Positions 1 to 13,601 of a DNA stretch of 64,000 nucleotides are shown here, in pieces; position 1 is the stretch's first letter, and each line of letters opens with the position of its first letter. This stretch comes from Paraspadella gotoi (taxonomy: Eukaryota; Animalia; Chaetognatha), in assembly GCA_051294375.1 (NCBI GenBank), contig CM119265.1, forward strand, positions 19,904,012 to 19,968,011, written 5' to 3'. Position numbers and translations under genes: made by a program. The notes beneath the pieces are model-generated. The model made no database searches, was not told the origin of the DNA, and saw only the letters and a program-made list of their open reading frames with translations.

Positions 1-2633
1 CCCACGTCCCCAACGACGCCCGAGGCGGTGGCGGAGAAGCGCCGGAGACCTTGAATGCCGGGATGGAGACCGGAGTAGAGAGCTTCGTGTTGAAAGACGC
101 CGAGACACCGAACGTCAAGAGCGGTTCGAGGTCAGATTCTATGGATCCTTCAACGTCGGAACCCGACGACGACGACAAGTTTAACAGGTTCGGGAAGCGT
201 ATAATCATTCGTTCAATGTCCGTGTTTTTAGTTTTTAAGCTTAATATATTTTGACTAAGTTTTCAATTCGGACTTTGTAGATACATGTGTTAGTTGCGCT
301 GCGAGTGCTCGCGGAGAAACTCTAGAAGTCATTTTCAATTGGTCTGTCAGTCGGTATGTCTGTCCGTCGGTCTGTCCCACTTTTGTTAAAAAAGTTGCTC
401 ATTTGTTAAGAAGGAAAAAATCCTCAAATCTACAAGTGACTGCTAGCGCCGCCGTCAAGAAATCCTCAAACATTTAAGAATAAAAGACGAAATTTCGATG
501 CAGCGCTAAGATAGTTGTTGTCACAGGAAAATACATAAGAAAATAAAGTCACTGCGGCGCAACACATTGGAAGAACCGATCTTGTTTATTAATTGTTTTT
601 GTTCCGGAGGCAAGTCTTTCCGCTTCCGTCTTTCATTGTCATTGTCAAAGTTTTGCATGGGTAGCGTAGAATTTTCTGAAATGTCACAGGAAATCTACTC
701 GTAAAGATTTTCGATCTTTCCAGATTCTTGTCGAAAACAAAGGCGATTCGTCCGGCCAAACCCGCGGACGCAACCGAATCGAACGAGGCTGAAAAAGAGG
801 AGCAAGAGAAGGAGGAGGACGAGGAAATTGAAGAAGAGAAAGAGGAACTGGAGGACGGAGAGATCGAGACGGAGCGACCGATGACGCCGGGACGCGACGA
901 CTTCGACGCTCAAGATCGATGGGAAAAGCTTCAACGGAGCCGACGATCCCCTCCACCGCCGAGAGAGACTTCGAGATCGAGAGAGACGCCGACGGAAGCG
1001 GGCGACGCCCACGATTCCCTCCACCAGACGCTCGTGAATAAAGCGAGGAGGCGAATCAACAAGATACACACGTCCGTCATCAAGGGAGAACCGCAGTTCC
1101 GGATCGGGGAAGAAGATTACAGGTCGGAATTAAGGATGACAGTAGGGATGAATTCGACGCATGATTTTTGGCTTACGTCCATTCGCATTCTCAGTTCGGT
1201 CTTAGAAAGATATTCTACAGTATCATAATTCTTCTTTTTTTTCACAGGCGCTATCTCTGCCGGTCGCCGAGATTTGCAGCGCACTCCAGCGACATTCCGA
1301 GTAAGTCGACCTCATCGTCAGCATCTTCGTCACCAGAAGACAACGGCGGGGTTTCGATGAACCCCTGCAGCGCGAGACCGCTTCCTAAACTCGATACGGT
1401 TGGTCGTCAGGGATTATGGGTGTTACCATGACTACGTAGATATAACCGATACTGCAATCTTCCTTAACCAGGTCAAGCTTCAGATTCAAAAGAAGTTAGA
1501 AGAGAGGAAAGAGAAGGACCGAATAGAGAAGTTGAGAAGAATTCAAGAGAAGCAAGAGAAAGATAGGAAGGAGAAGGAGACGAGGAGAACGGAGAGAGAA
1601 AGAGCAGAGAGGGAGAAAGCGGAGAACGCGGGAAAAAGGCAGCATCAGCAGCAGCTGCAGGATAAGAAGCACGGTCAAGAGCAACAGCACCAACACGCCG
1701 CCGAATCGACATCCAGGATGCCGCCTTTTTCCGCGTTCTCGCCGCCGGATGGCGTCGATGACTACACCTTGAAAGAGATGGATGTGGAGGAGGAAGAGGA
1801 GGAGGAATCGTTGGAGGAGCGGTTTGACGTGGCCACCGAAGACGCCTTCGTGTCAAACGCGTCCAACGAGTATCATCCTTTCCAACATTCAGTCGGAAGT
1901 CACGCCGGAAAAAGGCATTTTAACATGGACAGGTGGGCGATAGACATTGTGAAAAAAATTAATGAAATAGAATCGAATCAAATCACCTTTTCCACAGGTT
2001 ACGAAAAATATATGTGGGAAAACTTCAAAACTACACGGTGCCTATTATCAAGCGATACTTCGAGCGATTCGGCAAAGTGGAGAACGTGCTCAAGCCGAGT
2101 CCATCAATGAATTTTGCCTTCGTCACTTTCGCCGAATCAGATACGGTCGACAAGGTCATGCGGCACGGGCAGCACTTTGTCGAACACGACCTCGTTCATC
2201 TCTCGCAGGAGGTAATGGATCAAATATCGGTTTAGTTAAAAATTAGACAATGTCGTCAAATTGACAAACGGCATTTTTATAGAATGACCGCAGTTCAATT
2301 GATCGACTAACACAAACCAAACTACCCCCGTAGGTTTTCATTCGCCGATTTTGCGGCAAGCACAACAAGCAGACCCTCCATCTGAAGTTGCTCTCGAGAA
2401 CAGGCGAGGACGATTCCAGCGTCGCCCCGACCGACGTCCACGGATACTTCGAGAGCATCGGCATGCGGCCGCGTGAGATTCTCGATTTTCATCAACTCTC
2501 GGAGGAGGAGTTTGGGACGATCGTCTCCTTCAGGGACGTCGACTGCGTGGACAAGCTCGTCTATATGGACGAACAGAAGAGCGTTGAGATTAACGGAGTT
2601 CCCTTCGACGTTTTCCCTTTCTTCAAAGTCTAG
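1..2633 (+). CDS. RRM-domain protein with long acidic/charged low-complexity N-terminus (5' end outside window)
   Basis: Phase-compatible GT-AG exons approx. 1-187, 724-1141, 1248-1300, 1411-1932, 1998-2211, 2334-2633; middle boundaries are uncertain. One exon reads RKIYVGKL (RNP2)...NFAFVTF (RNP1). The last exon follows a CTAAC branch point and encodes a second degenerate RRM-like segment ending in TAG at 2633. Confidence 0.75.
291..586 (+). mobile_element. Non-autonomous Helentron/DINE-1-like (HINE) element in intron
   Basis: 5' subterminal GTTGCGCTGC with an inverted near-copy GCGGCGCAAC near the 3' end, (GTCY)n microsatellite at ~342-376, and CTTGTT terminus. This is the DINE-1/HINE layout. 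Confidence 0.55.
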
Positions 2634-3293
2634 TTAAGATTAATTTCAAGTCTAGTCAAATGCTAAATCGATCAGTAATTCCTCAAATGTTTCAACGATG
2701 TACACATCCATCAAAAGCTGGATTCTTGAACGCAAGCAAGGGAAAATACATACGAATACTGAATTACAGTTGAGCAGCTGTTTTTAGAAGAATACATTTT
2801 TTTTTTAAAGATCTGAATTACTCAGTCTAGTCAGAAAAAGTTGTAACATAATATCTCTGGCAGAATTTTTTTACATCTGCCGATCTAGTCATTTTTTTTT
2901 CATTTTCTTTTGTGTGAAAATTGTTAGTGAATTATATGTTTTGAAAAAAAATATTGACTTATTAATGCCAGGGTGAATTTGGGAAAACTTTGCGCGGCTT
3001 CGCCCGAACGACTGCTCCCTTATGAAGTGGAACAACCGATCAAAAGATCATTCATTCAATAAAAAAGCTAGATTTAGATTTAGATTTAGCCTATTGACTA
3101 AAGTGTAGACGGGAGTAAGATGAAGAAAATACATCATGTATCAATGTAAGATCAATGAATCAGCACCAGGGTTAAAATTGTCTAGTCAATACAGAGTGAA
3201 TCAATAATAAACAATTAAGATGAGGAAATTGAAGATAATCTAAAAGTTACGGGTAATTTTAAAAAAAAGGAATCACAATAATCTTAAACTCAC

Positions 3294-3370
3294 TATCTTC
3301 CTGATCCTGGGTCGAACTTGGCCTCCCATCCTGGCGGCAGTGGTTGATTTTGCCAAGCAGACGATGCCAT
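3294..3370 (-). CDS. First coding exon of an N-terminal WW-domain protein (rest of gene not found in window)
   Basis: Reverse strand reads MASSAWQNQPLPPGWEAKFDPGSGR then TA|GTGAG donor. LPPGWE...D..GR(Y) is the first half of a WW domain. An upstream 5'UTR exon ends at a GTAAG donor (~3556), and CCAAT boxes occur at ~4130-4330. Confidence 0.7.
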
Positions 3371-4683
3371 TGTGATATGTTGCTTGAAAGTGTAAAAGTA
3401 TAACATAAATATTATCTTTATTTGTATTTAGTTTCATTATTATTTTAAATCATCTAATAAAATTTATATAGAGCTAGTAATTTCTTGAAAACCAAAATAT
3501 GTATTACTTTTAAATCCATTATATGACAAAACAGGAAAAACTAATTTGGACTTACCAAGCTTGATTGATGAAAAGCAGAATGAGCACCACAAGATAAAGA
3601 AAACGAGTGCTGACGTTCGAGTGAAGATAACGAAACACCGCTGTGTCGTGAAAGTAACTTCAATTTGAATCTAAGTAGAAGAAATTAAAAATTGTGTTAT
3701 TTATAACATAAATAAATTTAAAAATAAATTAAATATCATAGAAAATAAAAAACGAATATATACAAATGAAAGACAATTTGCTTCTTGAAGTTAACTGTTG
3801 AATATCATATGCAGTGAAAAGTTACAGATTACGCATAAGTTTAGTACAATATGAAGCTCGCTTAGTTAATTTTCATTATTTTTTATGCTTTTTTAAAAAT
3901 TTATACCAATGCCAAGCTTTTGTACAAAATTAAACGAATGCCCGCTGATTTGGACAGAATACGGTCACAGTGCGAGAATTATATATACAAACGAGTTTTA
4001 ACAAAAACACGTAGATTAAGATAATGTCGCGAATATTGTTCCTTTTTTTCATAATGTTCCTGGGCCTAACTGTGGCAGTTCTGATAGGAAGAAAACCAGA
4101 TTCGTGTTCTTCGAAACGATTCGAGTGTCATGATTGGTTGACAGGAAACTAATTCGGCTTTCTGATTGGCCAGCACATAAGTCAGTGAGCGATCTCGATG
4201 CACGGGCTCGGCTGGCAGCGCAGGGTCTTCTCAAAGACTCAATCATTTTCATTCCCGATCGAGATGCCGTTCGGTAGTGGGCAAATTTTGTGCAATGTGA
4301 CCTTCGAGTCGTTGCAGTTTGACAGCCAATCAATCGATTATTTTTCGAATCGCACGAGAGAAAATTCAATAGAAAAATCCCATCATTCCTTTATCTTTTC
4401 CACGTTTTTGACTGTTCCCCTGACGATTTGTTTTAATGATATAGTAACTGGTTTGTCATAAAACACAAAATGGTTGTCAATAGGAATAAACAAATTTGAA
4501 GCAAGAACAATTCCCATACCATAGCGGTATCATTTTTACAAACTCGAAGAATTAGCAAAGAAAAAAAAAGAATTAATTCATGTACAAATAATGACTTCCT
4601 TCTATTGTTTCATTACTAACAACCGGATCAAGAACTTGCAATTGACATTAACTTCTCGCAAAAACTCGACGCCTCTCGGAACC

Positions 4684-5638
4684 TCAGCCGAGATCCCCAG
4701 GCTTTCGGGCCTCCCTCCCGATTTTCGATCCGCATTTGGGACACGAATGAATGACGTCCTTTGCTCCGCTCCAGACGCAGGGAATGAACGCTCCGATCTG
4801 ATGCAAAATTGGGTTCAAAGAGAATTGATAAGTTGATTGTTTGGAAAAGATCGAGTATAACGATAATCGCATTATCTTAGCTTTTTTAGATTTTTGTTTA
4901 TAAACGTGCTTAGAGTTGAAAGTTGATTGATTGATTTATAAATTGATTGACTAAATTCAAAATGTGTCGATCAATATTTCTAGACGTCACAAAACAAAAT
5001 GTCCATCGTCTAATATCAATGCCTGTGGTTTTATAAAGATTTTACAATATTACGATTACATTTATCATCATCCTGATCATGGTAATTTTTACATGCTTAT
5101 CGAATCCGACTCACCCCGCAGCCTATGAAAAACAAAAGGCAAGAGAGAAACCAGGAAGTTCGTCCCATGACGTTGGTCGTCTGCGTCTCAACCTCTTCGC
5201 CGCAAAACTTGCATTGCGTCTCCTGCGATATGACCCTCTTTTAGATGAACTCTTACTTTAGCTTCACCGGATCATCGCCACATCTAAACTTGGTCAAATC
5301 GAATGATCTTTGCTTAGCAGTAATTCAGTAAGACTTCCGTGCTAACTTTTAACGTTACGAACCATGTGCAAAATGTCTCTTTCGACCTAAGATTTTTCGA
5401 TAAACATATTTTGTGGCCACTGATTGTTTTAATTAAGACCTTTAATCACATAAGATTAAGTCATAACATGTCTACTGACCTTTGGGAGAAATCCGAGGTG
5501 AGCCAATTTTTCCTCATCGGAACCAGTCGCCGAACCGGACCCATTTCCCGTGGATTCGGGTTCAGGATCGGAAGGCGTAGCGGGATCTGCCGGAGCCACC
5601 GGTACCACTTCCGGTTCCAGAGGATCAATCTCCGGCAT
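4684..5638 (-). CDS. LITAF-domain (zinc-binding, monotopic membrane) protein
   Basis: Three phase-0 exons 5638-5480, 5222-5115, 4797-4684 give ...LGFLPK|ETQCKFCGEEVETQTTNVMGRTSWFLSCLLFFIGCG|IGAFIPCVWSGAKDVIHSCPKCGSKIG...: CxxC, hydrophobic stretch, HxCxxC. Confidence 0.9.
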
Positions 5639-8170
5639 AATTTAAAAAATAAAATTTGAAAAAAAAAAAACGAAATCTGGAAAGTCAAACTGGGAAGGAG
5701 CGAGGCGAAATCGTTTGTGAAATTATCCCGTCTTTTTCCGCGGTGTTCTTTTTAAATGATTCAATTTCTTTTTTTAGGCTCTCGTAACGAGGAAACAAAC
5801 AGGAAGGCAGCCTCGAAAAAACTTCACGAGGGATGGATGGTGAAAACTTAAAAAGGCCACTCACAACGCGAGCTTCTCACGCCGAATGGTTCACTCGACT
5901 CTGGTTTGTGAATCAGACGAATGAAAAGGGAGGGGGCGTCTGGAATTTATCATGTGTTGGGGAAATAACGATGACATCGAAAGTATTTGGTAAACACGAA
6001 TAGTCACGCGGCTGTTTGGTTTAAAAACAAGAACAAAACAAAGCAAATACCAATAACTTAAGGAGCTTCGACAGAACCTGCTAATTTGTTTTGTCTCAGG
6101 TTTGTTTATAAATTATACTATAATTTTTATTTAAAGTACATATTTTTTAATAATTTGTGAGTTGTTTTATTTTAAAAGCAGAAAACAAATGAAACGGAGA
6201 GGGGGGGGGAAAGTAGAATAAGAAACTGGAAAAACTGTTCTTATCTGATGAGAAAAAGAGCGTAGTCGAGAGGGAGGGAGGCAATAAGGGGAGAAGGGGA
6301 TGGAGAGAGAGAGAGAGAGAAATCGAGAGAGAAACTCGCCGAGGATTCTTAATTATCTCTAAATTTCAATGCATCAGTGAAGGACTGTAGGAGGTTCAGG
6401 TCGTAAAATGAGGCACTTTATTTGGAATTACTGTAGTTTGTAAGAGGTCCGCACATACATAAGCAGTTTAAGCACTAAGCAGAGATATCTAGAATTAAAA
6501 GAAAAAATCTGTCATAACTGAAATTAACATCTTGGCCTTGGCGTGAAAAAAAAGAGTCGTAATTGCATAAACTCTATTTGTGATCTATAATTCAAAGAAC
6601 AAGCGAATCTGTCGGAACGAAGCGTAGGTTATCATAACCCAACAAAACCATACTATTAATAAAGGACACATTAAAATCGAGACTAGTCAAATTCTTCCGT
6701 AAAGTTGGTCTATTGGTCAGATTTTACATCTGGACTTTTATCTTTTATATAACTATGTTAACGTCAAACTAAAAGAGTAAATACAAAAAATTTTAACAGT
6801 TTTTGACCAACAATAGAAAATGCTATCATAGATTTTAAAATTTGTGTATTTTCATACTATCTGTGGTCCCACTGGGTATGAAAAATACCCTAACTTTAAT
6901 GCAATAGTTTTGTAAATATGACCCATTTTGCCCCATATAAGATAGAAAATAGACGGGATCATACCGTAAAAATAAAACGTGGACGTCCTTTATGGAAGAG
7001 AAGATCGATTCATTATTAAAAAAAAAAATATTTACAAGTGACTTTTTGAAAACAAAGCGAATCTTTCCATATGAAAAAGGAAGCTCTTTTAACGTCAACA
7101 ACGGTAACGGCAAGATGGTAATATATTTTGAATAGTGATTCGAACATTTTTACATCTCCCCCTTGCCTTCATCAAACATACTAAATAAAATATTCAGTAT
7201 GACTAGATACACGAACCACCACAATTGAACGAGTTTTTTGATTCTGAAAAGAACCGTTTATTATTCTTTTTGTTTTTGTTTTTTAGTAAAACGCGTAAGA
7301 AAATAAAATCGATTTCAAATTGTACATAGAATATTGCGTGGAAAAAGGGGAAAGGGAAAACGGAACGTATCAAACAATCTTGAATGTAAGCGACGGATAT
7401 AGATTAGGTTCTTCGTAAGTATAAAAGTTCCGTTTCTTTAATAAATGGGACAGAATTTAAAGTTTCCAACGACCGCCGATATGAAGCCTGACCTGAGGCT
7501 ACGCTATTTTCTTCAAAATGCCTCGTCTTGAAGATAACATTTTTTACGTACTGGCTCGAGGAAGGCATTTTGAGGTTGTTCGGCTTTGCTTGCCGGACAG
7601 TTCATTAAAAAAACATCAATTCAAAACAAAAAAAAAACTAAAGAAATATTTTAAAAAAATTATAATCAATACTAAAACTAAGCTAATTCTTTTTTTGTTA
7701 TATCTACCCAAGCTCGACAACAAAGAGTAATAAAGGGGAAGAAGGAATTAATATCGAGGGAAAAAAATTGGAAAAGCTGGAAACTCCCCGTTCGGTCATT
7801 ATCGATGTTGTTAGTCTCTTTCGCCGGATGAAAAAGATTACCGAACGATTGGCTGGTGTCGTTGAGGAGTCGGGAAGGGTGTAAATCGGAGGGGGGGGAG
7901 AAGGAATTAGGGGAAACTGGGGAGGGGGAAGTCAGGTCAAAGTTTGACGGGAAAGTCGGAGAAAGGAAACTGCAACTGAGGGAGAGACGACGTATCGAAG
8001 AGGAAACGAAAGTTCAAAGGAATAACTAAAAATTGTATAAAAACCTAAAAGTAACGAAACGCGAATGAAAGGACAGCGATGAAACTAAGGCTAATAAAAA
8101 AAAAGGCTAAAAAATATTCATCCATGACTGAAGACGTAAGTATAAACATTGTGGTGACGCGAAAGGGGGG

Positions 8171-11100
8171 TCAGTCCGGCGGAAGAAGCTCGTGTAGCTT
8201 GAAAACCTCATACAAGAATGAACGAACGTCACCTCGCTGAAAGGGGGGGGGGAGGAGAGGCGATTAAAGTTAGTTTTATATGACTACTTTAAAATATCGT
8301 TTAAACAATTAATATAAAGCATTCAATCTTGATCTAATTTCAGGTAAAAATTAACATTCGTGAAAATTTATTTTATTATACTCTCAATTTAATTTCATCA
8401 ATGCAAGTACGATAAATTATTAAGAAAATCACAAGACTGTACCTGATTTGCGATCTTTTCGAGAACGGGAATCAGTTTGAGCAGCTCTCGATCCGTGCGA
8501 TCGTAGAACCAGCTTTCGATCGGGATGCCGTTTTGGAGCTGAATAAAACAATGTTAAAGTTCATTAACTCAACCACAACAAATGAACGACGTGGATTTTA
8601 AACGAAACAAAAGTCTCACTCTCTTTTTACTCTGATTATTTAACCTGATAGCCAAAAGCCTGCGGCGAATTGTCGATAATTATCGTCTTGGACAAATCTC
8701 GTCCCAAAATGTTCAAGTCTTTGATATAATTCCCCTGAACGCAGACGCAATGTTCTCGAAACAATCGGTGCCTAAAAAAAAAAAAAATTAAAAGATATAA
8801 AGAACGCCGTCGCAACATCACACTCATTACAAAGCCGTACCTGATGAGTCGTTTCTCTGGGTCCAAAAGGTTCAGCAACTTGTTAGCGTATACTTTCTTT
8901 GACGCTGTGAAGAGGATCACTTCGAACCTCTGGGCAACTCGTTCCAAAAATTCGCGGAAGAAGGGACGCAGGCGAACGTAGACCTGTGGAAAAAAAAGTT
9001 TAAAACAAAAGTTAAAATACCAGTCGAATAATTGTTATTTTTTAAATATGAGTTCATACTGACCTGGTAAGTGACATCCTGAAAGAGCACGGGGAAGACG
9101 AAGTTGGCGTCGTCGAGTTCGTTGAGGCTGCAGTGGACGAGCGTCTCGTCCAAATCGAGCACCAGCGTGAATTCTGGCGATGAACGCGTCTTCAAGGGCA
9201 GCGCCGGGTGACGCCGCCTCATCTCCTCTACAGAAGAAAAATATTGTAGTGTGGAAGTCCACGAAATAGAGAGTAGGGAGACATTTATCATGAAGGAGGT
9301 AAAACATTGGAGAGGTCATGTGGTCGTTGAGGGAAAAGAGAGAGATAGTCGAGGTAGCTCGGCCTCAGTAGATTGTTTACTGCTATTGTTTACTGTTTAG
9401 CAGAATTGTCGTGCTGTCTGCCCGCCTATATCCTCTTCATTACTTACAACAACAACAACGACGACTTACCGGTGAGCGGCGGAAGATGTTTGATAAAAAA
9501 ATAGGGGTCGAAAGGCTCTGCTTCCCACTGCTGCGTTTGCTGTTGTTGCTCTTGCTGCTGCGCTTGCTGGTGATGTTGAGCGATGGTTTGGTTTTGCACT
9601 GGTGTGGCACAGTGATATTGAGGTTGGTGAACATGTTGATTGGCATGATGATTATGATGGTGATGATGATGATGGTGATGGTAAGAGACGACGTCCGTTG
9701 GCGGAGTCGCCGGGCACGAGGGATAGTATCTCTGCTCGGCATCAACGACTTGGTTGTCGGCGGCGGCGGCGGCGGCGGTGGGGGCGCCGGCGGTGGCGAC
9801 CACGGGAACGGAAGAGCAAGCAGCGGCGAGAGCACAACAGCAGGCACAAGCGGCGGGCGGAGGAAAGGTGGGCGAAACGGAGACTACGGTGGGAGCGACG
9901 TTGTCACGGCAGCAGGCGGGCAGCGCAGTATCGACGACCTCGTCCTCGTCGCAGCGATAGGAGGCGACGGAAGAAAATCTGACCGTCGACGGCGTCGCCG
10001 ACGCAATAGGATTGTCCTTTAGGGGTAGAAAGGAAATTAACTGGCGGTGTTCAACCAAACATTAAATGGAGCCATAAATATGGGCCGAATCACGGAATTA
10101 AACAAGCCAAAGATCAAGACGCCATTTTTCAAATTTACCTGAGAATGCATCTGAATCATTCTGTTTTCGCGCGAAGAAGAAGTAGCACCGGAGGTGGCGG
10201 CGAAGACAACGCCCGTGGCGTTCTCATCGTCTTCCACGTCCACGACGTCGATGACGACTGAGGGTGGCGCGGCGATGGCGGCGTCGCAGTCGGCGACGGC
10301 CTCGTCGATGTCGAACGAGTCGGCAACGAGGGATAGCGAGGCGTCGTCGTCGTCGGTCGGGGAAGAGTCGGATGAGGGCGAAGTGGATGGGACCTCGTGG
10401 TCCACGAACGTCTCGAACGCGTCGTCGAGGACGTCCAGTTCTAAAGAAGAAAGAAAAAAATAAAAAAATAACTTTTATAAACATCGACCACATCCACACC
10501 CTGGACGAACCTGGAGCGTCGACGTCCTCTTCGATCGAGGCGCCGCTTTCGTCGCAGGCGGACTCTCCGCCGGAAGCCGTCACTTCACGTTCATCGGTGT
10601 CGCCGCGGTCGTTGTTGTTCGTTTCTGCAATGATGAATGAAGAAAAAAAAGTATTGATCAACGTCTCCTGAAAAATAAGAAACCACCGTCACCGTCACTC
10701 GTAACCCACCAGGTTGACCGCTGATCGACTGATAGATCTGATAAACCGGGGAGAAGAGCGTCCCGAGCAACGAAGATTTCCTCGTACGCCCACGTCTCTT
10801 CGTTTCCGGCGCTTTCGTCACGGACGCTTCGATTGAAGAAGCAGGCGGAGCGGCCGCGGAACTCCGACGACCGCGGCGAGGCCGCTTCGGCGACGGCGGC
10901 GGCCCGGCGGTGCGAGTTGGAGGCAGCGCCCGAAGCGGCGGGTAGGGAGTCTCCTCGGAGAGGACGTCCAGCTTAGATTTTTTAGTCAGGGGTTCGAGAG
11001 AATCCTGGATAAGAGAGAAGGAATTGGAAATTTTCGATCATCGTCGTCGACGAAATGATCCGTCTCTTCGAAGATCCTCCATCGATGCTTTACCCGTTTC

Positions 11101-11772
11101 TCCTCCTTCCACATTCCGACGGCCAAACGTCGAAGAGACTTGAGAATTCCGGACCCCGTGATTGGCATTTCTTTCGCCAGGATCGAAGCCTTAGCGTCTG
11201 CCGAAACCAAAAAAGTTACGTGACGTTACGGTACGGTCTCGTTTTAGAGGCTACACCGCTACAGACTTGGTACAGATATTTCGTTATTAAATAATTAAAA
11301 GCCGGTGCCTTCCTAAAATCTATTTTTATCCTTTTCTCCTTTCCATCCACGCCCACCCTTCTCCGTCCTTACCGATGTCCCCGACTCGGGCGGCGAACTT
11401 GCTCCGCCGCCTTTCCACCACGAACTCGTTTCTCTCCGCCGCCAAATTCCGGTTCCTCAACACCCTGGCCCCGCGCGGACGAGCCCCCCGTCCCACGCAG
11501 CCTTTGGAAACGGGCGAACCGCGGGGCGCGACGGAAACCCCGGAGGCGGCGGCCCCGCTGCGAAGATTCCGCGGGCAGGGCAGACCCTCGGCCAAATAAG
11601 CCACGTTAAGGGACTTCTCGTAAGGGACGTAGCGGGGAGAAGTAACGGTTGACGTAGTCGTCGTCGTCCCTTTGCCTTGAAGCATCCTTCGCTTGGAGAC
11701 TTGACGGTTACGCCGCTTACTCGGCAGCGGAGCCCCGTCCTCCGAGGACGCGTAACGTTGGCGCAATTGCAT
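8171..11772 (-). CDS. CTDSPL2: CTD small phosphatase-like 2 (SCP4), FCP1/NIF HAD phosphatase
   Basis: Spliced reading contains [46 protein letters not shown] (DxDxT catalytic motif), [41 protein letters not shown] and terminal [10 protein letters not shown]. Probable 5'UTR exons extend to ~13550. Confidence 0.95.
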
Positions 11773-13281
11773 TTCGGTTTTATTGAAATATATTATTGAA
11801 ATATATTATTTTCGGAAGTGGAATGGCTTTTCGCCTGCGTTCACATGGTTTTCAACCTTTTAAAAATGAGGGGGAGAGAAATGTCTTTGGTAATAAAAGT
11901 GATTGGGGAAAAAACTTTAGAAAAATTACTAATTAAATTGCTACAACTCAATTAATTACACTGGTTTTCGTTTAAATATGAAAATTTTAAATTGTGTTTG
12001 AGAGTTGAAGTGGCGATTTAGAATTAAGATCGACGAAAAATCATAACTGAAATATTTGAATTCCGGCTTGCTGAGGCAAGTTCGAAATGGCCTGAACCTG
12101 ACAGCACTTCAGAATCAAATGATGTAATCTGATGTAACATGGGTTGGGTGATATATCTTTTTATAATACAACCAAAGCGGCTCGGTTTATGGTAAAACAT
12201 TAGCAAAACTCAACGTGAAGCACTTTTTAATATCAACGGTTTAAGCTTTTTTAAAGCATAAAGCATATATCTAAGAAGCCTTGAAGTTTAACCTGAAATT
12301 TGATTTTAACATTATCTTTGAATGTTTTTTTTTAACCTAAGCGAATAACTAAATAGAGATACTAGGTAATCTTTATCTCATAGCGACATACAAATATAGC
12401 AATGAGCGTAAAATCGTTTGGTTTTTGACAATACCAAAAATCGAATATATTTTCGTTTCTTTTTAAGAGATAAAGAACTACCTGTGGATTATTTGTCCGT
12501 GTAAATGTTTGCTACGTCATCTTGACTACTTTGAATACAGAATTTTTGGTTTACTTCGCCGGAAAAAGCTGTTATTTACGTATTTTTCGTAAATTCAAAT
12601 CTGGATGTTTTCGTTGATTTGGCGCGACGGGGAGGAAGAAAGTCCCGGATGTGATAGAAAGCAGAGGGCGATGCTCGCCAGAGGGACTCGAGTGTAGCTT
12701 CAGAAAACAAATGATTTAAGCATTACCCAATTAAGATTACTAAGAATACTAAGAATAGCTAAAAACCAAGGTAAAATAAGGTAAAATAAGTTTTTAAATT
12801 GCGTTGAATTAATTTTGTTTTATTTAACTTATAGCATCTGACTTGAAATTTCCATAAAAACATTTCACATTTAACTTTGAACACGTAAAATTGATCGGAA
12901 ACTTAATAGTAATAACATTATATGATATAATTATTATTGATAAATAAAAAAGCATGAAATTAACGGAACATTCTATTGTGATTTTCTTAACTTTCCTCCG
13001 ATCATATTCGTACGTACGCGCATGCTAATGAAAAACTCCACGACCCAGGAAACAACAATTGGTCGTGATCCAATCAGAGCAATGGGAGCGTCGAGGCAAT
13101 AAAAGCGATAGAAAAAAAAATTAATGTTTGTCCGGCGGTTCTGACCAAACAAGCTGATGTCATCGGTGAGGAGGCCTTATTTGAGATCAGTACTCAACTT
13201 GATTCGGTCCCAACCCTCTACCTCACTCACTGGCCCAAACCTCTAAAAACTACATAGCAGATCAAGCGTCAAAAAATTAGC

Positions 13282-13328
<47 letters not shown>

Positions 13329-13542
13329 GATTTCGTGTCCTCTGCGAGAGAGAGAGAAGAGGAAGAGGAGAGCCGAGTGTCGGAGCTGGAATGAGACAGA
13401 ATGAGACTGCATTCGATGCCTCCGAAAAAAACATTTTTCCCTACGATTCGCAAATCGTGTGATCGATCGATGGCGCAAGCAACTTTTCCGGAGTGTCATC
13501 GATTCTACCCTCAACATTAACTTACCTATTTTTTTAGTTTGG

Positions 13543-13601
<59 letters not shown>

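Noticed and set aside
5223-5283. Apparent extra exon plus 34-nt micro-intron in the LITAF gene
   Set aside because: The required frame has an in-frame TGA, and exon 1 splices in phase directly to 5222.
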